Positions 1 through 10,431 of a stretch of 64,000 bases of DNA are shown in pieces. Under the pieces are notes generated by a model. It worked only from the letters and a program-made list of their open reading frames with translations, searched no databases and was not told the origin of the DNA. This stretch comes from Spirochaetia bacterium (GTDB lineage Bacteria; Spirochaetota; Spirochaetia; SZUA-6; Bin103), in NCBI GenBank assembly GCA_965203515.1, contig OZ241907.1:3168001-3232000 (forward strand), read 5' to 3'. How positions within the stretch are numbered: position 1 is the stretch's first letter; every line of letters begins with the position of its first letter. The translations under genes were made by a program, and so were the position numbers.

Positions 1-727
1 CGCCGATCTCGGCGCGGTCGCTCGCGTACTGCGCGGTGTACAGCAGCAGGCCGTCGTACAGCCGCTCGGTGCGGGCGAGCATGCGGCCCAGCATCACCCG
101 GCGCTCGAACGGGCGGGAGCCGAACATGCTGTGGTAGGCGGACTCGGTGCTGGCGCCGGCATCGACCAGGCGGGCGACGGCTCGGAACACGTAACCGGTC
201 TCCGTGCGCAGGTGCCGGAAGAAACCGGTGTCGGTGCAGGTGCCGAACAGCAGCAGGTCCGCCTCCTCCTTCGTCGGCCGATCCCCGGAAAGCTCGATGA
301 GCCCCTGCACGATGAGCGCGGTGGCGGGCACGGCCGGGGCGATCAGGCGCACGTCTCCGAACGGTTCGCCGATCGCGTGGTGGTCGATCACCAGCGTCGG
401 CAGTCCCTGAATGCCGGTCCCGGGTTCGCCCGTGCGGTCGGCGGTGGAGCAGTCCAGGACGATGGCCGCCGCATCGCCGGCGCGGTCGTCCGGGGTCACG
501 CGGGGCTGGAAGCGGGTCGCCAGGGAGGCGATCTCCGGCCGGGTGAACGGGCCCTGGCAGAAGGTGCGCGCCTGCTTGCCGCGGCGTCTCAGGAAGCTGG
601 CGAGCGCCAGGGGAGAGGCCAGGCAGTCCGCGTCCGGCTCCCGGTGGCCGAGCAGGAGGTAGGTGTCGTGATCGTCGAGGAACCGCTTGACGGGCGTGGT
701 GAGCTGGAACGGGTAGGGATGAGACAC
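1..727 (-). CDS. nrnA: DHH family phosphoesterase (NrnA-like oligoribonuclease/pAp phosphatase); runs off the window edge
   Basis: Manual translation from GTG at 727 (not in ORF track): GHREPDADC (DxD motif), VLDC, VIDHH, PATA, CTDTGFFRH. Confidence 0.85.
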   Translation of the reverse strand, partial: MSHPYPFQLTTPVKRFLDDHDTYLLLGHREPDADCLASPLALASFLRRRGKQARTFCQGPFTRPEIASLATRFQPRVTPDDRAGDAAAIVLDCSTADRTGEPGTGIQGLPTLVIDHHAIGEPFGDVRLIAPAVPATALIVQGLIELSGDRPTKEEADLLLFGTCTDTGFFRHLRTETGYVFRAVARLVDAGASTESAYHSMFGSRPFERRVMLGRMLARTERLYDGLLLYTAQYASDRAEIG

Positions 728-729
728 GG

Positions 730-939
730 CTACAGACGATGGGTGTGCGAAATCGCGGTTCCGGCCGCCGGGATCGCGGTTCCGACCGCCGGGATCGCGG
801 TTCCGACCGCCGGGATCGCGGTTCCGACCGCCGGGATCGCGGTTCCGACCGCCGGGGTCGCGGTTCCGGCCGACCTTAGCAGTCCGGTGAACGCCCGGCA
901 ATTGCGCGCCCCTGCCGGGTTCGGCCGGGAGGCATTCAC
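730..939 (-). CDS. Possible 69-aa small protein with GTAIPAV repeats
   Basis: Its GTG overlaps the upstream TGA (GTGA). Its TAG ends 2 nt before the DHH start. Confidence 0.35.
   Translation of the reverse strand: MNASRPNPAGARNCRAFTGLLRSAGTATPAVGTAIPAVGTAIPAVGTAIPAVGTAIPAAGTAISHTHRL
752..872. repeat. 21-bp tandem repeat, about 5.8 copies (ATCGCGGTTCCGACCGCCGGG)
   Basis: Units start at 752, 773, 794, 815, 836 and 857 (partial). No spacers. The four central units contain the stem-loop GCGGT-TCCG-ACCGC. Confidence 0.97.
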
Positions 940-2123
940 CGCGAAGGGACGAGCAGCAGCGCGTCCTGCGCCGGTCCGCCCGACACCACCGGCCGGCCGC
1001 AGCGCACGGATACGTCGATCTCGGTCCGCATGCCGAACTCCTCCGGGAAGTAGACGCCGGGTTCGACCGAGAAGCAGGAGCCCTCGGTGATCGGGCGTTC
1101 GTCCGGAAACTCGAACGAGTCCAGGTTCACGCCGGACCCGTGCAGGTCGGTGTCGATGCTGTGGCCGGTGCGGTGCCGTACCGCGGCGAGCAGACCGCGT
1201 TCGGCCAACTCCTGGCGGCAGGCGTGGTCGACGCTGCTGCCGGATACCGTGCGGCCCGCCGCCGCGGCGCCGGCCAGAAAGGTCACCGCGCGCTCGCGGG
1301 CGGCGCGCACCGCGTCGAAGACGTGCCCCTGCCGTGCGGTCGGACGGTCGGCGGCCACGCCGATCCAGGAGATGTCGGCGTAGACCGCTCCTGGCGCCGG
1401 CTCCTTGCACCACAGGTCGAACTGCACCACCTGACCGGCGGCGAGCACCGCGCCGGCCCCGGTCGGGCTGTAGTGGGGATCGGCCGAGTTGGCGCCGAAG
1501 GCGACGATCGGCGCGTGGTCGGTGAGCAGCCCCCGCTCCGCGAACGCTGCCAGCATCCGGTCGCGCACTGCTCCCTCGGTTATCCGCTGCCGCGCCGCGC
1601 AGGCGCGCGCGATGCGTTGCCAGCAGTCGGCGACGATGCGGTGGAGGGCTGCTGCGGCGCGGTCGTGGCTGGCGAGCTGCGCGCCGCTCAGACCGCCCAG
1701 CGTCCATTGCACCAGCTCTTCCGACGGCCGCAGCATGAAGCCGGCCTGCTCCAGCAGGCGCGCGGTGCCGTGATCAAGGGTCGACAGGCGCGGCAGGGTG
1801 AGCGAGCACTGCGCCGCCAGGCAGCTGCCGGGAGGCGCCAGGCGGACGAGGTGCTCGGCGAAGCGAGCACGCGACGCGTACCGCCAGGTCGTCCCGTCGA
1901 CGTGGTCCAGGGTGCCGGCTTCGATGTCGTGGACCAGCTTCAGCACCTCGCCGCCGGGGCGGATGAGCGCCAGCCACGGCCGCGTGTTGGTCGCTTCGGG
2001 GTCGATGCCGAACACCGCGTCGGCGATCTGATCGCGGTGGTAGACGTTGTAGAACAGCCAGCCGGCGCAGCCGGACCGGCGGACGGCGGCGTGCGCCTGA
2101 TGAAGCCGCCCGGCGCCGGTCAC
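936..2123 (-). CDS. M24 family Xaa-Pro aminopeptidase-like metallopeptidase
   Basis: DPHY, FDLW...YADISW, HRTGHSI, FSVEPGVY, GMRTEID pita-bread fold metal ligands. Confidence 0.9.
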   Translation of the reverse strand: MTGAGRLHQAHAAVRRSGCAGWLFYNVYHRDQIADAVFGIDPEATNTRPWLALIRPGGEVLKLVHDIEAGTLDHVDGTTWRYASRARFAEHLVRLAPPGSCLAAQCSLTLPRLSTLDHGTARLLEQAGFMLRPSEELVQWTLGGLSGAQLASHDRAAAALHRIVADCWQRIARACAARQRITEGAVRDRMLAAFAERGLLTDHAPIVAFGANSADPHYSPTGAGAVLAAGQVVQFDLWCKEPAPGAVYADISWIGVAADRPTARQGHVFDAVRAARERAVTFLAGAAAAGRTVSGSSVDHACRQELAERGLLAAVRHRTGHSIDTDLHGSGVNLDSFEFPDERPITEGSCFSVEPGVYFPEEFGMRTEIDVSVRCGRPVVSGGPAQDALLLVPSR

Positions 2124-3049
2124 GCGTCGCCGACCAGCGTCGCCAGCATCAGCGCCTTGGCGGTGTGCTTGCGGTTCTCGGCCTGCTCCCAGACCATCGA
2201 GCAGGGCGCTTCGAAGACGGCGTCAGTTACCTCGTTGCCCTTCACCGCCGGCAGGTCGTGCATGAAGATGGCGGTGCCGCCCGCCCGTCGCATCAGCGCG
2301 TCGTTCACCTGATAGCCGGCCAGGAGCCGGAAGCGTTCCGCTTCGCGATCCTCCTCGCCCATGGAGGCCCACACGTCGGTGTACACCACGTCGGCCCCGT
2401 CCACGGCGCCGACGTCGGCGCTCACCGTGAGAGGGGCTGCCGAGCCGTTTCGGCAGGCGTCGACCAGCACCGGGTCCGGTTGCAGCTCGCGCGGCGCCAC
2501 CAGCGTGCAGCCGACGCCGGTCATCGAGCAGCCGACCATGAGCGATGTGGCGACGTTGTTCCGCGCGTCGCCTACGTAGGCCAGGGAGACGCCCTCGAGG
2601 GAGCCGTAGTGCTCGCGGATGGTCAGCAGATCGGCAAGCACCTGGGTCGGGTGACGGGTGTCGGTGAGGCCGTTGTAGACCGGGATGCCCGCATAGCGCG
2701 CCAGGGTCTCCACCGTCTCCTGCGCGTAGCCGCGGTACTGGATGGCGTCGTACATGCGGCCGAAGACCCGCGCCGTGTCTTCGAGCGATTCCTTGACGCC
2801 GAGCTGCAACTCGTCCCGGTTCATCACCACCGGGAAGCCGCCCTCTTCCCCGAATGCGGTCGCAAAGGCGGAGCGGGTGCGGGTCGACGGCTTCTCGTAC
2901 AGCATGGCCAGCGTGAGCCCGGCGAAGCGTCGATGCCGCTCGCCGGCGCGGCGTTGCCGCTTCACGCGGGCGGAGAGGTCGAGCAGCTCGCCCAGCTCGC
3001 CGGGCGACAGGTCGCGCAGCGTGAGCAGCGAGCGTCCGAGCAGGTTCAT
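2120..3049 (-). CDS. argF: Ornithine carbamoyltransferase
   Basis: KPSTRT, HPTQ, DVWASMG, MHDLPA, QAENRKH. Start moved to ATG 3049, which follows a GGAGGT RBS. Confidence 0.9.
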   Translation of the reverse strand: MNLLGRSLLTLRDLSPGELGELLDLSARVKRQRRAGERHRRFAGLTLAMLYEKPSTRTRSAFATAFGEEGGFPVVMNRDELQLGVKESLEDTARVFGRMYDAIQYRGYAQETVETLARYAGIPVYNGLTDTRHPTQVLADLLTIREHYGSLEGVSLAYVGDARNNVATSLMVGCSMTGVGCTLVAPRELQPDPVLVDACRNGSAAPLTVSADVGAVDGADVVYTDVWASMGEEDREAERFRLLAGYQVNDALMRRAGGTAIFMHDLPAVKGNEVTDAVFEAPCSMVWEQAENRKHTAKALMLATLVGDA

Positions 3050-3155
3050 GTCTACCTCCAGGGTGCGGAGCTCAGAACGAAGCGCGTAACCTACCGACAA
3101 GTCGCCGGGAGCGGCAACCCCGGCAGGCGGGCGAACGAACTGCGCGACCATACAT

Positions 3156-3185
3156 TTGACGGCGGGAAACCCGTTTCCCTATAGT
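3156..3185 (+). promoter_or_regulatory. sigma70-like promoter for tRNA-Leu
   Basis: TTGACG (3156-3161), 18-nt spacer, TATAGT (3180-3185). The spacer contains the inverted repeat GGGAAAC-CC-GTTTCCC. Confidence 0.7.
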
Positions 3186-3206
3186 GCGAATCGACCCGCC
3201 CGGGCC

Positions 3207-3292
3207 GCTGCGGTGGTGGAATTGGTAGACACGCTAGCTTGAGGGGCTAGTGGGAGTTACATCCCGTGAAGGTTCAAGTCCTTTCCGCAGCA
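3207..3292 (+). tRNA. tRNA-Leu(GAG), long variable arm, CCA not encoded
   Basis: Acceptor stem GCTGCGG/CCGCAGC, D-arm TGGTGGAATTGGTAGACAC, anticodon stem CTAGC/GCTAG with loop TTGAGGG, T-loop TTCAAGT, discriminator A. Confidence 0.97.
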
Positions 3293-3293
3293 A

Positions 3294-3845
3294 GTGGAGC
3301 TTCTGAAGAAGGCGTACGTCCTGGCACCGCTCGCGCTGGTTCTGGCAGCGTGCGAAACGGGACCGACCGGACCGAAAGGGGAGCCCGGTCCCCCGGGTAC
3401 GTCGGCGCCGGTGCTCGTTTGCGTACCGGGCGACGACCCGATTCCGGTACCATCCACCATCGGTGAAGGCGGTTTCGTCAGGAACCAGCAGCGGCCGCAG
3501 GAGGGTATGTACGAGCATGCGTTCGAGCTGCCGGCAGACGACGTGCCGAGCGCTCGGGTCTGGATACGGCGTCCGGGAGACACGCACCCTGTCGAACGAC
3601 ACAGCATCGTCGGCGCAACCGCGCTCGGCACCACGTACACGCTGGAAGTGACTCCCGCGACCGGCAAGGTACGAATGCTTCTCGTCGGCCACGGGTATGG
3701 TCATGAAGCCCCTCCGTCCTCCCCGCCCATAGTGGAGAGCGTTCAGCGGCAGGAAAGCGCGCACCCCGGTGCATCGGTACTCGATTACGCCGTTGCCGCG
3801 CTCGACGGCGTCACGGTGTACGTGCGCGTCTGTCCTAGCGAATAA
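3294..3845 (+). CDS. Hypothetical lipoprotein with a short collagen-like Gly-X-Y run
   Basis: Signal peptide with LAAC lipobox, then GPT-GPK-GEP-GPP-GTS. Confidence 0.7.
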   Translation: MELLKKAYVLAPLALVLAACETGPTGPKGEPGPPGTSAPVLVCVPGDDPIPVPSTIGEGGFVRNQQRPQEGMYEHAFELPADDVPSARVWIRRPGDTHPVERHSIVGATALGTTYTLEVTPATGKVRMLLVGHGYGHEAPPSSPPIVESVQRQESAHPGASVLDYAVAALDGVTVYVRVCPSE

Positions 3846-3847
3846 CG

Positions 3848-7024
<3,177 letters not shown>

Positions 7025-7091
7025 CGAGTTTCGGAGTCTGTCCGGAATGCCGCCGGGACGGCAAGGGCCGGATCGGCGGCGCCGCCCGCCG

Positions 7092-8015
7092 TCATCCCTT
7101 CACGGCGCCCAGCACCAGTCCCTTGGTGAAGTAGCGCTGCAGGAACGGATAGACCAGCAGGATCGGCACCATGCCGATGAAGATCTGCGCCGCCTTCGAG
7201 TTCTCGTCGGAGATGAACCGGAAGAAATCCTGGTCGGCGTAGTCGAGGTCCACGGAGGTGAGGTCGATCAGGATGGTGCGCAGATAGCTGGCGAGCGGAA
7301 ACTTGCGCGGGTCGTTGAGGTAGATCGTCCCGAAGAACCACTCGTTCCAGTGGAACACCAGCACGAACAGGGAGATGGTGGCGATCGCCGCGGTGGAGAC
7401 CGGCAGAAAGACGCGCCACAGGATCTGCAGGTGGCCGGCGCCGTCGATGAACGCCGCTTCCTCCAGTTCGACCGGGACGCGGCGAAAGAAGTTGAGCAGC
7501 AGGATGATGTTGAACATCTGCGTCGGCAGCAACGGGATCAACAGCGACCAGAAGCGGTTGATGAGCCCCATCTTGAGCACCACGAAGTAGGTCGGGATCA
7601 GCCCCCCGTTGAACAGCATGGTGATGAACAGGAACCAGATGTAGGCGCTGCGCCACGGGAACAGCTTTGGCCGCTTCGACAGCGCATAGGCGGTGATGCA
7701 GTTGAACACCATGAACAGGGGCAACGCCGCGCCGAGTCGCAGGAACGAGACGCCGACCGAGCGCAGGAACTCCACGCGGGTGGCTACGAACTCGTACGCC
7801 TTGGTGTTGAATCCCACCGGCCACAGCCCGACCAGGTTGGCGACCGCGGCGGCGCCGGTGCTGAACGACACCGCCAGGATGTGGAGCAGCGGGATGAAGC
7901 AGATCGCCGCGTACAGCGCCATCAGCGTGTAGTTGCCGACCTGGAAGGCGATCCGGCCCGGCCCGATCCGTTTGCGCAGCCGGCGCGGGGCGTCGGCTGC
8001 CGCCTGTTCGGCCAT
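7092..8015 (-). CDS. Carbohydrate ABC transporter permease (MalG/LplC type)
   Basis: Hydrophobic segments, ELEEAAFIDGA EAA loop, FHWNEWF, YPFLQRYFTKGLVLGAVKG. Confidence 0.92.
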   Translation of the reverse strand: MAEQAAADAPRRLRKRIGPGRIAFQVGNYTLMALYAAICFIPLLHILAVSFSTGAAAVANLVGLWPVGFNTKAYEFVATRVEFLRSVGVSFLRLGAALPLFMVFNCITAYALSKRPKLFPWRSAYIWFLFITMLFNGGLIPTYFVVLKMGLINRFWSLLIPLLPTQMFNIILLLNFFRRVPVELEEAAFIDGAGHLQILWRVFLPVSTAAIATISLFVLVFHWNEWFFGTIYLNDPRKFPLASYLRTILIDLTSVDLDYADQDFFRFISDENSKAAQIFIGMVPILLVYPFLQRYFTKGLVLGAVKG

Positions 8016-8398
8016 CAGAAGATACGGTAGTCGGCGTAGCGGACCGCCAACCAGTAGGCGACGCTGATCAGCACCAGCGAAACCACGGACTGGAACAGCC
8101 CTACCGCCGCCGCCGGGCTGTACTGCGCCTCCAGCAGACCGACGCGGTACACGAACGTGCTGATGATGTCGCCGGTTTCGTAGACGACCGGGCTGTACAG
8201 GTTGATGATCTGGTCGAAGCCGGCGTGCAGCTCCTGCCCCAGGCTCAGCACCCCGAGCAGCACGATGACGTGGCCGATGCCGGGGATGGTCACGTACCGG
8301 GTCTGCTGCAGGCGGCTGGCGCCGTCGATGGAGGCGGCCGCGTACAGGTTTTCGTCGATCCCGGTGAGCGCCGCCAGGTAGATGATGGCCGCGCCGAA
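8015..8398 (-). pseudogene. C-terminal fragment of a carbohydrate ABC permease (MalF/LplB type)
   Basis: Similarity begins abruptly at FGAAIIYLAALTGIDENLYAAASIDGASR. The N-terminal half is absent and mutM ends about 55 nt upstream. Confidence 0.8.
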
Positions 8399-8452
8399 TC
8401 GTACACGATCACGGCCCCGTTCAGGCAAGCCGGCCGGCGGAGCGGACCGTGT

Positions 8453-9268
8453 TTACCGGCGCTGGCAGCGCGGGCAATGGAAGCTGGAGCGGCCGCCCTG
8501 GCGGAGCGCGCGGATCGCCGCGCCGCAGCGCGGGCACGGCCGGCCGGCGCGGCCGTAGACGGCAAGCTCGATGGAGAACAGCCCCGGATCGCCGCCCGGC
8601 GTACGGTAGTCGCGCAGCGTGGTGCCGCCGGCGTCGACCGCCCGCTGCAGCACGGTACGCACCGCGGCCGCGAGCCGCTCCAGACGCACCCGGCCAAGTC
8701 GGCCGGCGGCCGTGCGCGGATGCACGCGCGCCAGGAACAGCGCCTCGCTCGCATAGATGTTGCCGATGCCGGCGACGATGCGGCCGTTCAGCAACAGGTC
8801 CTTGATCGAGACCGTGCGCCGGCGGCTCACCGAGAACAGGTAGCGCCCGTCGAACCGGTCGCCCAGCGGCTCCGGCCCCAGCCCGGCAAGCAGCGGGTGA
8901 TCGCCGGGAGCGGCGGCCACGTGCAGCGACCCGAACCGCCGCGGATCGCGCAGCCGCACCGCCAGACCCGAGCTCAGCACCACGTCGACGTGGTCGTGCC
9001 GCGCCGGCGGCGCATCCGCGCGCACCAGCAGGAGCCGCCCGGACATGCCCAGGTGCGCGATCAGGCTCTCCGGCCCGGCATCGATCACCAGGTACTTGGC
9101 CCGGCGCCGTACGTCGCGCACGGTGCGCCCCGCCAGCCGCGGCGGCAGGTCGTCCGCCACCGGCCAGCGCAACCGCGGTTCGCGGACCACGACCCGGGCG
9201 ATGCGCCGGCCGCGCAGCGCCGGCCGCACGCCGCGGACGATCGTCTCCACCTCCGGCAGCTCCGGCAC
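8453..9268 (-). CDS. mutM: Formamidopyrimidine-DNA glycosylase
   Basis: MPELPEVET, HLGMSG, DPRRFG, AGIGNIYASE, C-terminal CPRC...CPRCQ zinc finger. Confidence 0.97.
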   Translation of the reverse strand: MPELPEVETIVRGVRPALRGRRIARVVVREPRLRWPVADDLPPRLAGRTVRDVRRRAKYLVIDAGPESLIAHLGMSGRLLLVRADAPPARHDHVDVVLSSGLAVRLRDPRRFGSLHVAAAPGDHPLLAGLGPEPLGDRFDGRYLFSVSRRRTVSIKDLLLNGRIVAGIGNIYASEALFLARVHPRTAAGRLGRVRLERLAAAVRTVLQRAVDAGGTTLRDYRTPGGDPGLFSIELAVYGRAGRPCPRCGAAIRALRQGGRSSFHCPRCQRR

Positions 9269-9317
9269 GCCGTAGACGCTACGCGCCCGGCTCCGGGGTG
9301 TACAGCGGCGCCGGCCG

Positions 9318-9377
9318 CTAACGCCATGCTAACGGCCTTCTAACGTTCGCTAGCGGATCGCCAAACGTTCGCTAGCG
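9318..9377 (+). promoter_or_regulatory. Pho-box-like array of about 11-bp-periodic direct repeats upstream of pstS
   Basis: CTAAC at 9318, 9329 and 9340; CTAGC at 9350; CAAAC at 9362; CTAGC at 9372. Confidence 0.65.
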
Positions 9378-9424
9378 ACCACCCGGGACACTGCCTGCGG
9401 ATTCACCATCGCAAGGGGAGAAAC

Positions 9425-10408
9425 ATGCGAACCTACCGAATCATCGCGGGCGCCGCGGCGGCCATGGCGCTCACGTCGATGACCGCGCCGGCCCAGGTGT
9501 CGGTAGACCCGGCGCTTTCCGGCTACGAGCCGGTGCAGGGCGTGTCGGGCAGTCTCAAGAGCGTCGGCTCGGACACCATGAACAACACCATGACGCTGTG
9601 GGCCGAAGGCTTTCTGGGCATGTACCCGAACGTCCGCATCGAGATCGAGGGCAAGGGCTCCAGCACCGCCCCGCCGGCGCTGATCGCCGGAACGTCGCAG
9701 TTCGGTCCGATGAGCCGCGAGATGAAGGCAGCCGAGGTCGACCAGTTCGAGAGTCGATACGGCTATCCGCCGACCGGTCTGCCGGCCGCCATCGACATGC
9801 TTGCGGTGTACGCCAACAAGGACAACCCGATCTGCACGATGGGGCTGACCCTGCAGCAGGTCGACGCGATCTTCTCGACCAATCGCCGCGGCGGTCACGC
9901 CAGCGGCATCCGCACCTGGGGAGACGCCGGCGTGTCCGACGGCGCCTGGGTCGACCGGCCGATCAGCCTGTACGGCCGTAACTCGGCGTCCGGCACCTAC
10001 GGCTACTTCAAGAAGGCCGTGCTGGGCGACGGCGACTACAAGCCGTCGGTGAAGGAGCAGCCCGGCAGCTCGTCGGTCGTGCAGGGCGTCGCCAGCGACG
10101 CTCCCGGCATCGGCTACTCCGGCATCGGCTACCTCACCGCCGACGTGTGCGCGGTGCCGTTGGCGGTCGACGCCGCCGGCGAGCCGGTCCCGGCCACCGC
10201 AGAGTACGCCTATACCGGCGAGTATCCGCTGTCGCGGTTTCTGTACGTGTACGTGAATCACCGTCCCGGCGGCGATCTCGACCCGTTGCGGCGCGAATTC
10301 GTCCGCTACCTGTACAGTGCGAAAGGACAGCAGGACGTGATCAAGGACGGCTACTACCCGATCACGAACGCGATCGCCACAGAGGCGATGACGGCGCTGG
10401 GTCTCTGA
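9425..10408 (+). CDS. pstS: Phosphate ABC transporter substrate-binding protein
   Basis: Signal peptide, SVGSDT, GKGSSTA, GPMSR, GRNSASGTY, YPLSRFLY. Confidence 0.95.
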   Translation: MRTYRIIAGAAAAMALTSMTAPAQVSVDPALSGYEPVQGVSGSLKSVGSDTMNNTMTLWAEGFLGMYPNVRIEIEGKGSSTAPPALIAGTSQFGPMSREMKAAEVDQFESRYGYPPTGLPAAIDMLAVYANKDNPICTMGLTLQQVDAIFSTNRRGGHASGIRTWGDAGVSDGAWVDRPISLYGRNSASGTYGYFKKAVLGDGDYKPSVKEQPGSSSVVQGVASDAPGIGYSGIGYLTADVCAVPLAVDAAGEPVPATAEYAYTGEYPLSRFLYVYVNHRPGGDLDPLRREFVRYLYSAKGQQDVIKDGYYPITNAIATEAMTALGL

Positions 10409-10431
10409 GCGAGACCCGGCGGCGAGGGCGC

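Noticed and set aside
752..872. CRISPR array
   Set aside because: The palindromic units are contiguous with no unique spacers, and there are no cas genes.
3207..3292. Prophage or island integrated at tRNA-Leu
   Set aside because: No integrase was found and I saw no duplicated tRNA 3' end in the window.
7025..7091. T-box leader for ileS
   Set aside because: The intergenic region is only about 67 nt and has no T-box motif.
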